NCBI GenBank assembly: GCA_009493725.1
Contig: VOGB01000004.1
Location: 404,004 to 436,003, forward strand
DNA: 32,000 nt
Reading direction: 5' to 3'
Source: Candidatus Pseudoramibacter fermentans
GTDB lineage: Bacteria; Bacillota; Clostridia; Eubacteriales; Eubacteriaceae
The notes under the pieces were generated by a model. That model saw only the letters and a program-made list of their open reading frames with translations, was not told the origin of the DNA and ran no database searches. A program made the position numbers and the translations under genes. This document shows positions 18,089-26,341 of this stretch, piece after piece. Within the stretch, counting starts at the first letter, position 1. Each line of letters opens with the position of its first letter.

Positions 18089-18727
18089 ATGACGTACTCA
18101 TCTAACTATTTTCTGTCGCTGCTGCTGAGTCTGCCGGGCATTCTCATCGCGATTACCTTTCACGAGGCGGCTCACGGCTATGCGGCGGAGGCGATGGGCG
18201 ATGACACGCCAAGGCTTTCTGGACGGCTGTCCCTCAATCCCTTCCGGCACATTGACTGGATCGGCTTTCTGGCGATGATCTTTCTGCATTTCGGATGGGC
18301 CAAGCCGGTACCGATCAATCCGAATAACTTTACGGATCGAAAGAAGGGGATGATCCGGGTGGCGCTGTCTGGGTGTCTGACCAATCTGCTGCTCGGGTTC
18401 ATCGGTTACGGCGCCTACCTAATTTGTCTGCCGCTCAACAACCTCGTGCTGTCGATTGTGCTGCAGTATATTTTCGAATACAACGTAGTTTTCGCGATCT
18501 TTAATTTGATCCCGATTCCGCCTTTGGACGGGTATCATATTTTGTACGAATTTCTGCCCTATCGCGGCAAAATGCGGTTGGAAGCGATGTCCCGGTATGG
18601 GTTTATCATTCTGTTGATTCTGATGTTTGCGGGTGTTTTCGGATGGGTGATCACACCGCTGTCCAACGGGGTGATCCGGCTTTACGATTTGATTCTTTCG
18701 CCCCTCGCGAAATTGATTGTGTCATGA
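18089..18727 (+). CDS. Site-2 protease family (peptidase M50) membrane metalloprotease
   Basis: Polytopic membrane protein with HExxH (TFHEAAHGY) and the second M50 motif NLIPIPPLDGYHIL. Confidence 0.85.
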   Translation: MTYSSNYFLSLLLSLPGILIAITFHEAAHGYAAEAMGDDTPRLSGRLSLNPFRHIDWIGFLAMIFLHFGWAKPVPINPNNFTDRKKGMIRVALSGCLTNLLLGFIGYGAYLICLPLNNLVLSIVLQYIFEYNVVFAIFNLIPIPPLDGYHILYEFLPYRGKMRLEAMSRYGFIILLILMFAGVFGWVITPLSNGVIRLYDLILSPLAKLIVS

Positions 18728-19476
18728 TGGCAAACCAGCCCATTCAATACGACGTTGGCGATTTTGAAGGGCCGCTGGACCTGCTGCTGAGCCTCGTTCA
18801 AAGGCATCAGGTCGACATTTACGACGTCTCGATTTCAGAAATTATCGATCAGTATCTGGCGACGATTGAAAAATGGGAGCAGGACCGGATGGCAATTGCC
18901 AGCGAATTTATCGTGATGGCCTCGCGGCTGATCAAGATCAAATCCAAACGACTGCTGCCGTCGGTCAATCAAGAGAGCGAAGATGAGGTGGACGACGAGG
19001 CGGTCCTCATTCGTCAGCTGGCGGATTACAAGCAGATCAAGGCGGCCAGCCTAGTCATTGAGAAAAGATACGAACAAAAAAGCGGATCCGTTTATCGCGA
19101 TCCGCTTTATTTGCCGGAATTATCGCAGAAAAAATGGGATCCGGAGCTGAAAATCAAGCCTGAAAAGCTCGGAAGCACCTTTGCCCGCATGATGCGGCGC
19201 TATCAGGAAGCCCACACCTATAGGACGATACCACGGCCCGAACCGGATCGCTATACTGTTGAACATCAAGAAGCCGTCATCACCCGTTCCTTAAAGGAAC
19301 ACGCTGAACTTACGTTTAGAAATGTGATTCAACATCATGAAGCTAGTGAAGTGACGACTTCTTTTTTTGCGGTATTGGAGCTCTACAAGAAGGGCCGCAT
19401 TGAAATGGCACAGCAGCGTAATTTCGGTGAGATGCAATTAAAGAAAAAGGAGTGCGATGGAGACAAAAACCAATAA
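18724..19476 (+). CDS. scpA: Segregation and condensation protein A (kleisin of the SMC complex)
   Basis: Track ORF 18643-19476 is over-extended. ATG 18724 (or 18727) overlaps the M50 stop (ATGATG/TGA) and gives MMANQPIQYDVGDFEGPLDLLLSLVQRHQVDIYDVSISEIIDQY, the canonical ScpA N-terminus. Confidence 0.9.
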   Translation: MMANQPIQYDVGDFEGPLDLLLSLVQRHQVDIYDVSISEIIDQYLATIEKWEQDRMAIASEFIVMASRLIKIKSKRLLPSVNQESEDEVDDEAVLIRQLADYKQIKAASLVIEKRYEQKSGSVYRDPLYLPELSQKKWDPELKIKPEKLGSTFARMMRRYQEAHTYRTIPRPEPDRYTVEHQEAVITRSLKEHAELTFRNVIQHHEASEVTTSFFAVLELYKKGRIEMAQQRNFGEMQLKKKECDGDKNQ

Positions 19477-20050
19477 TCGGTCAGACGCAGCTTCCTTCGA
19501 GCCGGAAATTTTCGGCTGGCTGGAAGCGCTGCTTTTTGCGTCCGGCGACGGGCTGACGACGAAGGCGCTGTCAGGCGTCGTCGGGCTGAACGAGAAAGAA
19601 ACGGAGGCCTACCTCAAGGCGCTGTCTGAATCCTACCAGAGTGTGCGCCATGGTCTTCGCCTGGTCCGCACGGCAGGCGTTTGGCAGCTGTCGACCAAGC
19701 CTTCACTGTATCCCGTTTTGACAAAATGGAAGCAGCTCGACAAAGGCCACGGTCTGTCGCGCGCGGCCTTTGAAACCCTCGCGATTGTGGCCTACAAGCA
19801 GCCGGTGACCCGAGTTGATATTGAGGCGATTCGCGGGGTGGCGTCGTCCAGCTCGATTCACGTATTGCTGGATCGGGAACTGATTGCGGAGGCGGGGCGC
19901 AAGGATGCGCCGGGCCGCCCTTTTTATTACAAGACGACGCCGGCGTTTTTAAAGTCGCTCGATATTGAGGATTTGTCGGAGCTTCCCGATTTCGATTCGT
20001 TTAAACAGAAGGAACAGCAAAAGGATTCTGCAGCAGAGGACGAAAGCTAA
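19457..20050 (+). CDS. scpB: Segregation and condensation protein B
   Basis: LEALLFASGDGLT, LSRAAFETLAIVAYKQPVTRVDIEAIRGV and GRPFYYKTT. AAGGAG lies upstream. Overlaps scpA by 20 nt. Confidence 0.92.
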   Translation: METKTNNRSDAASFEPEIFGWLEALLFASGDGLTTKALSGVVGLNEKETEAYLKALSESYQSVRHGLRLVRTAGVWQLSTKPSLYPVLTKWKQLDKGHGLSRAAFETLAIVAYKQPVTRVDIEAIRGVASSSSIHVLLDRELIAEAGRKDAPGRPFYYKTTPAFLKSLDIEDLSELPDFDSFKQKEQQKDSAAEDES

Positions 20051-20766
20051 TGAGATTACAAAAATACATGGCCCATTGCGGCGTCGCGTCGCGTCGGAAG
20101 GCGGAACAGATGATTGCAGAAGGCCGCGTTCAGGTCAACGGCGAGGTTGTGACCTTTCCCGGCACTCAGGTGAGCGAGGCGGACGAGGTCAAAGTTGACG
20201 GTAAATCCATTGCGCCGGAGCAGCACGTCTACATCCTTTTGAATAAACCGAAGGGTGTGGTTTCGACTTCATCGGACCGCCACGCGGACCAGACGTTATT
20301 AGATTTGATTCATTCCAAGGAACGCCTTTATTCTGTCGGCAGGCTCGATAAAGAAACTTCAGGGCTGTTGATTTTGACCAACGACGGCGACTTGACTTTT
20401 CAACTGACGCACCCAAGCCGGCACGTCACCAAAACCTATCGGTGTACGGTGCGGGGGAAGGTAAGTGCGTCTGAAGTGAAACAGCTTCGCGACGGCGTTT
20501 CGATTCCGATGGACGACGGCAGCCGGTATCAGACGCAAAGCGCTGAGGTCAAGGTTGTCAAGGAAAACCGCGGCTCAACGGTACTGACGATCCGCATTTC
20601 GGAGGGTAAAAAACGCCAGGTTCGGAAAATGTGCGCGGAGGTCGGCCACCCGGTTATTCACCTGGAACGCAAGGCGATCGGCAGTTTGACCGATCCGTCG
20701 CTTAAACCTGGTCAGTGGCGCTATTTAACGAAAGAAGAAATTGAAAGGCTGAAGGCGGAACATTAA
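20050..20766 (+). CDS. rluB: RsuA/RluB-family rRNA pseudouridine synthase (S4 domain + catalytic domain)
   Basis: MRLQKYMAHCGVASRRKAEQMIAEGRVQVNG (S4 domain), catalytic GRLDKETSGLLILTNDG and EGKKRQVRKM. TAATG overlap with the scpB stop. Confidence 0.9.
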   Translation: MRLQKYMAHCGVASRRKAEQMIAEGRVQVNGEVVTFPGTQVSEADEVKVDGKSIAPEQHVYILLNKPKGVVSTSSDRHADQTLLDLIHSKERLYSVGRLDKETSGLLILTNDGDLTFQLTHPSRHVTKTYRCTVRGKVSASEVKQLRDGVSIPMDDGSRYQTQSAEVKVVKENRGSTVLTIRISEGKKRQVRKMCAEVGHPVIHLERKAIGSLTDPSLKPGQWRYLTKEEIERLKAEH

Positions 20767-21336
20767 ATGATTGAAACATTCAGACGCCAAACCGCGTTTA
20801 TCAAGGCCTGCATTCAAGATGTGCTTAAGCCCGGAGATTCAGCCATCGACGCGACCGTTGGCACAGGAGAGGACACGGTGTTTTTGGCTGAATGTGTCGG
20901 CAGCGCGGGGCACGTTTACGGTTTTGATATTCAAAGGGCGGCGATTGAGGAGGCGAAAGCGCTGGCAAAACAGCAGGGTGTTTTGGAGCGCATCACGTGG
21001 CTTTGCGATGGTCACGAGCACATGGATACCTATCCCGACATCGTGCACAACCCGAAAATTGGTGCGGTGACTTTTAATTTGGGCTACTGGCCCGATGGGG
21101 ATCCTGCGGTGACGACCCAGCCTGAAACAACGCTCGAGGCTCTTGAACAAAGTGCTGAGCTCTTGAGATCCGGCGGTATTTTGACAGTTTGTGCGTATTC
21201 CCACTTGACGGGACAGGCGGAAAAAGAGAAAATTGAGGCGTGGATTCAAAATCTGGGGCGCGGGTACGATGCTTACAGTTTTGAAGTGAAAAATCACCGA
21301 AAGGCCCCAACGGCTTTTATTGTCCTCAAAAAATAA
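20767..21336 (+). CDS. Class I SAM-dependent methyltransferase, YtqB/MnmM type (putative tRNA mnm5s2U methyltransferase)
   Basis: The SAM motif I region AIDATVGTGEDTVFLAECVGSAGHVYGFDIQ and the ~190-aa size match the small YtqB-like rRNA/tRNA methylase family. The start abuts the rluB stop. Confidence 0.72.
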   Translation: MIETFRRQTAFIKACIQDVLKPGDSAIDATVGTGEDTVFLAECVGSAGHVYGFDIQRAAIEEAKALAKQQGVLERITWLCDGHEHMDTYPDIVHNPKIGAVTFNLGYWPDGDPAVTTQPETTLEALEQSAELLRSGGILTVCAYSHLTGQAEKEKIEAWIQNLGRGYDAYSFEVKNHRKAPTAFIVLKK

Positions 21337-21361
21337 GACAGGAAAATAATTTAAGATATTT

Positions 21362-22588
21362 ATGAGTGAACAAGTCATTGTAATTGGCGGCGGCCCCGCC
21401 GGCATGATGGCGGCGTACACTGCCGCGTCAGGCGGCGATGCCGTCATCCTCTGCGAAAAAAATGAAAAGCTGGGAAAAAAGCTGTACATCACCGGAAAAG
21501 GGCGCTGTAACCTGACCAATTTCTGCGATCAGGAAACTTTTTTGAAAAATGTTGTGCATCATCCGCGATTTTTGTACTCGTCGATTTCCCGATTCGACCG
21601 TGAGGACTTGATGGATTTTATCACACGCTACGGCTGCAGGCTGAAGGTTGAGCGGGGACAGCGGGTTTTTCCGGAATCGGATAAATCGAGCGACATCATC
21701 AAAGCCTTCAGAAGGGCGTTGGAATCGGCAGGTGTTGAGGTTCGGCTGAACACACCGGTGACATCGATCGTCACGCGGGAGAATGAAGCGGTCGGCGTCA
21801 AGCTTGCGGACGGTACTGTGCTCGAAGGGGATAAAATCATTGCGGCAACCGGCGGACTCAGCTACCGTTCGACCGGCTCAGACGGCTGGGGACTGGACGC
21901 TGCAGAAAAGTTGGGCCACAGGGTGAGCCCGTGTCGGCCATCTCTGGTTGGGCTTAAAACAAAAGAAACCTGGCCGGCTCAGGTTCAGGGCCTCGCCTTG
22001 AAAAACGTCGACGTGACGCTGACCCACAAGGGCAAGAAGGTGCGGACAGAGCGGGGCGAGATGCTGTTAACCCATTTCGGCGTCTCAGGGCCTTTGATTT
22101 TGACCGATTCGGCTTACATGGACGACGCACCGGAAACCTACCGTCTCATTTTAGATTTAAAACCGGCACTGTCGGATCAAACGCTTGACCAGCGGATTCA
22201 GCGGGAGCTTAAGGCAAATGACCGCAAGCAGGTCGTGCACGCGCTGGCGTCGCTGCTTCCGAAAAAGCTGATGCCGATTATGTTGGATTTAGCTGGTGTC
22301 GACAGAACCAAAACCGCGAATCAGATCACGAAAACGGAGCGCCGAGCGATTGTCGACGCGCTGAAACGGCAGCCCCTTCAGATCAGCGATTTCTTAGATA
22401 TCAACACGGCGATCGTCACCTCCGGCGGCGTGAACATCAAAGAGATTGATCCCAAGACGATGGCGTCCAAACGGATCCGCCATCTGTATTTTGCGGGGGA
22501 AATGATCGATGTCGATGGGCTGACCGGCGGATTTAATATTCAAATTGCTGCGACGACAGGATTCGTGGCGGGAACAAGGAGTGAATAA
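21362..22588 (+). CDS. NAD(P)/FAD-dependent oxidoreductase, BaiN/YhiN (HI0933-like) family flavoprotein
   Basis: N-terminal dinucleotide fold VIVIGGGPAGMMAA, the family-typical KKLYITGKGRCNLTN, and the C-terminal YFAGEMIDVDGLTGGFNIQIA. Confidence 0.85.
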   Translation: MSEQVIVIGGGPAGMMAAYTAASGGDAVILCEKNEKLGKKLYITGKGRCNLTNFCDQETFLKNVVHHPRFLYSSISRFDREDLMDFITRYGCRLKVERGQRVFPESDKSSDIIKAFRRALESAGVEVRLNTPVTSIVTRENEAVGVKLADGTVLEGDKIIAATGGLSYRSTGSDGWGLDAAEKLGHRVSPCRPSLVGLKTKETWPAQVQGLALKNVDVTLTHKGKKVRTERGEMLLTHFGVSGPLILTDSAYMDDAPETYRLILDLKPALSDQTLDQRIQRELKANDRKQVVHALASLLPKKLMPIMLDLAGVDRTKTANQITKTERRAIVDALKRQPLQISDFLDINTAIVTSGGVNIKEIDPKTMASKRIRHLYFAGEMIDVDGLTGGFNIQIAATTGFVAGTRSE

Positions 22589-22589
22589 A

Positions 22590-23249
22590 GTGCAAATTGC
22601 GATGGACGGACCTGCAGGCGCAGGGAAAAGTACAATTGCGAAACAGATAGCCAAGGCATTACACATCACCTATCTAGATACCGGGGCGATGTACCGCGCG
22701 ATCACCAAGGGCGTGATCGACCATAAAATTGATTTTGCAGATCAAGAGGCCATTGCCCGGTACGCCGAGGGCGCAGTCATTGCATTTAAAGGGCAGCGGG
22801 TTTTTCTGGACGGTGAAGAAGTCACCGAAGCGATCCGCACGCCGGAGGTCAGCCAGCATACGAGCGATGTGGCGCCGATTCCAGCGGTGCGGAAAGTGCT
22901 CGTGCAGCAGCAGCGCAGAATAGCCGAAGGCACGGACGTCATCATGGACGGACGGGACATCGGCTCGGCGGTACTGCCCAATGCGGATTACAAATTTTAT
23001 TTGGACGCAGCAGTGTCCGAAAGAGCGAAGCGCCGCTACGCTGAGCTTAAAGAAAAGGGCGGACTTGACGGGAAAACCCTCGAGGATATCGAAGCCGACA
23101 TTGCCAAACGGGATTACAACGACAGCCACAGGGCGGCCGATCCGCTGGTCTGCTGCGACGACGCCGTGCGCATTGACACGACGCACATGACGATTCCAGA
23201 GGTTGTGGCCTGTGTCATCGATCACGTCAAAGCCGGTAAGGCGAAATAA
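22590..23249 (+). CDS. cmk: (d)CMP kinase
   Basis: Track ORF 22545-23249 is over-extended into the preceding gene. GTG 22590, with AAGGAG 8 nt upstream, gives (M)QIAMDGPAGAGKSTIAKQIA, LDTGAMYRA and GRDIG. Confidence 0.9.
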   Translation: MQIAMDGPAGAGKSTIAKQIAKALHITYLDTGAMYRAITKGVIDHKIDFADQEAIARYAEGAVIAFKGQRVFLDGEEVTEAIRTPEVSQHTSDVAPIPAVRKVLVQQQRRIAEGTDVIMDGRDIGSAVLPNADYKFYLDAAVSERAKRRYAELKEKGGLDGKTLEDIEADIAKRDYNDSHRAADPLVCCDDAVRIDTTHMTIPEVVACVIDHVKAGKAK

Positions 23250-23260
23250 CGGAGGGTGAG

Positions 23261-23842
23261 ATGATTTATCGAATCGCACACGTTTTATTTAACATTGTCA
23301 ATTTTTTCTGGCTTAACATCACCGTTGAAGGGGTGGAAAATGTGCCGAAGAACAGCCGGGCAGTGATTTGCCCGAACCACATGTACTGGTACGATCCGCT
23401 GCTCATCGACACGCTGCTCAAGCACCCGGTCAGGCCAGTCAATTTTATGGCAAAGGCGGAAATCTTTTCCAATAAATTCGTTAATTGGATACTCAAAGAG
23501 GTGCACGTTTTCCCAGTTGAACGCCACAAGGTGTCGATGACGACGCTGAGAACGGCGATGGGCATTTTAAACGACGACAAGCTTTTGGGGATTTTCCCCG
23601 AAGGGACACGGGTCAAGCCGGGACAAAAGGTCAAGCCGGCGGACGGCTTCATTTTCTTCGCGCTGAAGACCCATTCGCCGATTGTGCCGGTGCACATTCA
23701 AGGCAGCTACAAATTCCGCGGAAAAATTAAGGTGGTCTTCGGCAAACCCATCGAATTGACGGAATATTACGGCAAGCGCCTGACCGCAAAAGAAAACGAA
23801 GCCCTTGGGCAGCAGATTCTCGATCAAATCTACAGCCTGTGA
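23261..23842 (+). CDS. plsC: 1-acyl-sn-glycerol-3-phosphate acyltransferase (LPLAT/PlsC family)
   Basis: HX4D motif (PNHMYWYDP), FPEGTR block and PIVPV block. GGAGGG lies upstream. Confidence 0.85.
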   Translation: MIYRIAHVLFNIVNFFWLNITVEGVENVPKNSRAVICPNHMYWYDPLLIDTLLKHPVRPVNFMAKAEIFSNKFVNWILKEVHVFPVERHKVSMTTLRTAMGILNDDKLLGIFPEGTRVKPGQKVKPADGFIFFALKTHSPIVPVHIQGSYKFRGKIKVVFGKPIELTEYYGKRLTAKENEALGQQILDQIYSL

Positions 23843-23892
23843 TGGGTTTTGGGGCTTGGTCTTAAAAAAATTAAGAAAAATAAAAAAAAAGA

Positions 23893-23921
23893 TAGACAAC
23901 GAGCATTTTATCAAATAAAAT
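23893..23921 (+). promoter_or_regulatory. Sigma-A-type promoter candidate for ispH-S1 (TAGACA-17 nt-TAAAAT) preceded by an A-tract (UP-element-like)
   Basis: TAGACA 23893-23898, 17-nt spacer, TAAAAT 23916-23921. The run AAAAAAATTAAGAAAAATAAAAAAAAAG (23864-23891) lies immediately upstream. GGAGA RBS at 23925-23929. Confidence 0.5.
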
Positions 23922-23935
23922 AATGGAGATAGTAT

Positions 23936-26113
23936 ATGAAGATCATTATAGCGGAGAAGGCTGGTTACTGTTTTGGGATTACCAACGCGATGAAACTCGC
24001 GGATGATACACTGAAACAGAAAGACAATCAACCGATCTACTGTCTGGGCGATCTGTCTCACAACCGCCAGGAAATGAAACGCCTGGAGCAACGGGGCATC
24101 ATTAAGGTCGATCGAATTGAAGATATTCCAAAGGGAACGGTCATCATTAGGTCCCACGGTGTGAGTAAAGACGTCATTGATCAGGCGAAGGCCAAAAACT
24201 TAAAAATCGTCAATGCGACCTGTCCTTTTGTCGGGGCCATGCAGCACAAAGTGTATGACTACGACCGCAAAGGCTATCAGATCGTCATCGTCGGTGATGC
24301 CGCGCATCCAGAGGTCCAAGGGGCAGTCGGCTGGTGCGACGGACGGGCCATCGTGATCAATACGCCTGAAGAAGCGGAGGCCTTGCCTCACTTCGAGAAA
24401 ATGTGTGTCGTGGCTCAGACGACAGCTATCGAATCGAAATTCAATGCCATCACATCGATTCTGCAGAAAAAAGCAGACGAATGTTTGATATTTAACACGA
24501 TTTGTTCGGCGACCGCAGAACGCCAATCGGCTGCAGTTGAAACGGCAAAACGTGTGGAATATATGATTGTTGTGGGCGGCTACCACTCGTCAAATACGCG
24601 AAAGCTGTTTGAGGTCTGCAAGGCGCACTGCAGCAATACATGTCACATAGAGACAGCCGGAGAATTAAATCTCGCTGAGGTGAAAAAATACAACGTCATC
24701 GGTATAACAGCGGGAGCGTCCACGCCGGACTGGATCGTTAAGGAGGTAACGGAAAGAATGGAAGAAAACAAAACGGAAAACACACAAGTTCAGGATCAGG
24801 CAGTCGAAGAAACAGTTGATGAAAATGATTTTGCCGCAATGCTGGACCAGTCACTGCAGGATAAGCCAATCCACAGAGGGTCGACAGTTGAAGGTGAAGT
24901 AATTGAAGTCACTGACGATGAAATCATCCTGAACATTAAATATAAAGCAGATGGTGTCATCAAAAAGAGCGATTATTCCTGGAAAGACGACATCGATCTG
25001 AAGGAAGAAGTCAAAAAAGGCGACATGATCAACGCGGTTGTCACCAACATGAACGACGACAACGGCGCAGTCAGACTGTCAAAGATTAAATACGACAATC
25101 AGAAGATTCAGCGTCAGCTCGAAGAAGCGTACAAAGACGAAACCGTCCTCGACGGCAAAATCAAGAGCGTTTCCGGCAGCGGCCTGATTGTCGATATCGG
25201 ATTCACTGACATCTTTATGCCTGCTTCTCAGTACAGCGTCCGCTATATCAAGGATTTAAATACCCTGGTCGGCAAAGAAGTCCGCGGTAAAATCATTGAC
25301 TACAACGCAAGACGCCGCCGTGCAATTTTCTCACAGCGTGTCATCCTCGAAAAGGAAATGAAAGAACGCCAGAAGGAACAGCGCGCAAGAAAAGAAGAAC
25401 GCTACAACGAAATTCAGATGGACGATGTCGTAACCGGCAAGGTCAAGACGATCACCAACTTCGGGATCTTTATCGATTTAGACGGTATCGACGGATTTGT
25501 TCACCGTTCAGATTTAACCTGGTCTCGCGCTAACGAACCGAAGAACCTGGTCGAAAAGGGACAGGAAATCGAAGCAAAGGTCATCCAGAAGAATGACGAA
25601 GAAAAGAAGATCAAATTAAGCGTCAAGGCCCTTCAGCCAAAACCATGGGATACCTTTGTCGAACAGTATAAAGAAGGGGACATTGTCGAAGTCAAAATCA
25701 CCAATGTTCTGGATTTCGGTGCATTTGCTGAAATCATTCCAGGTGTTGAAGGCTTGATTCACATTTCTGAAATTTCCTACCGCCGTGTCGAATCTGTCGC
25801 ATCAGAATTGAATCCTGGCGATGTGGTCAAGGTCAAGATCATCGGCATCAACCGCGAAAAAGAAAAGATCAGCCTGAGTATCAAAGCAACTCAGAAAGCA
25901 CCGGAACGTGCTCAGAGACGTCACCGCAAGAGCGGCGAAGGCTTCCAGGGCCGCCAAGGCGGACGCAAGCCGCGTAAACGTCAGCCGCAGCACAACACCA
26001 CCGTATATGAAGACAACGCCAACTTCACATTGGGTGATTCCTTCGGCGATCTGCTGGGTAAACTTGATTTCGGCGATGCTGAAACTGAAGAAACCAAAGA
26101 CGACGAAGAATAA
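23936..26113 (+). CDS. ispH: Bifunctional 4-hydroxy-3-methylbut-2-enyl diphosphate reductase (IspH/LytB) fused to ribosomal protein S1-like repeats
   Basis: The N-terminal ~280 aa is IspH (AGYCFGI, ATCPFV, ICSAT cysteines, GGYHSSNT). The C-terminal part carries four S1 OB-fold repeats (GSTVEGEVIEV..., VLDGKIKSV..., DVVTGKVKTITNFGIFIDL..., DIVEVKITNVLDFGAFAEI...) and then a charged tail. Confidence 0.92.
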   Translation: MKIIIAEKAGYCFGITNAMKLADDTLKQKDNQPIYCLGDLSHNRQEMKRLEQRGIIKVDRIEDIPKGTVIIRSHGVSKDVIDQAKAKNLKIVNATCPFVGAMQHKVYDYDRKGYQIVIVGDAAHPEVQGAVGWCDGRAIVINTPEEAEALPHFEKMCVVAQTTAIESKFNAITSILQKKADECLIFNTICSATAERQSAAVETAKRVEYMIVVGGYHSSNTRKLFEVCKAHCSNTCHIETAGELNLAEVKKYNVIGITAGASTPDWIVKEVTERMEENKTENTQVQDQAVEETVDENDFAAMLDQSLQDKPIHRGSTVEGEVIEVTDDEIILNIKYKADGVIKKSDYSWKDDIDLKEEVKKGDMINAVVTNMNDDNGAVRLSKIKYDNQKIQRQLEEAYKDETVLDGKIKSVSGSGLIVDIGFTDIFMPASQYSVRYIKDLNTLVGKEVRGKIIDYNARRRRAIFSQRVILEKEMKERQKEQRARKEERYNEIQMDDVVTGKVKTITNFGIFIDLDGIDGFVHRSDLTWSRANEPKNLVEKGQEIEAKVIQKNDEEKKIKLSVKALQPKPWDTFVEQYKEGDIVEVKITNVLDFGAFAEIIPGVEGLIHISEISYRRVESVASELNPGDVVKVKIIGINREKEKISLSIKATQKAPERAQRRHRKSGEGFQGRQGGRKPRKRQPQHNTTVYEDNANFTLGDSFGDLLGKLDFGDAETEETKDDEE

Positions 26114-26126
26114 TTCACGTCATTTT

Positions 26127-26160
26127 GAGCTCCTATTTCAAATAGGGGCTCTTTTTTTTG
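26127..26160 (+). terminator. Strong rho-independent terminator after ispH-S1
   Basis: 10-bp stem GAGCTCCTAT (26127-26136) / ATAGGGGCTC (26142-26151) with one G-U pair, a 5-nt loop, then a T8 run (26152-26159). Confidence 0.88.
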
Positions 26161-26213
26161 ATTCTGAAACGCTGAACACGACGACGATTAAAAGTTCTGG
26201 TTTACGGTATTTC

Positions 26214-26251
26214 AGCCTGCGGATACTTTTCGAAGCATCTGCAGGCTTTTT
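26214..26251 (+). terminator. Second intrinsic-terminator-like hairpin (TTCG-capped) 53 nt after the first
   Basis: AGCCTGCGGA (26214-26223) pairs with TCTGCAGGCT (26238-26247). An inner CTT/AAG extension is capped by a TTCG tetraloop (26229-26232). The stem's last T runs into a T5 tract (26247-26251). Confidence 0.6.
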
Positions 26252-26254
26252 CTA

Positions 26255-26283
26255 TTGGCAGACCGCGAAAATGCGAGTATAAT
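26255..26283 (+). promoter_or_regulatory. Sigma-A-type promoter candidate for comM-dprA (TTGGCA-17 nt-TATAAT)
   Basis: TTGGCA 26255-26260, 17-nt spacer, consensus TATAAT 26278-26283, 58 nt upstream of the comM ATG (RBS AAGGAG). Confidence 0.6.
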
Positions 26284-26341
26284 AAGAAAAACGTTATCAT
26301 CAAAAGCGACGGCACAGCAGCATTGAAATAAGGAGAAGAAA

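Noticed and set aside
25908-26282. 124-aa plus-strand ORF running from the S1 tail across both terminators.
   Set aside because: It is in an alternative frame of ispH-S1, runs through two intrinsic terminator hairpins and a promoter, and has no SD.
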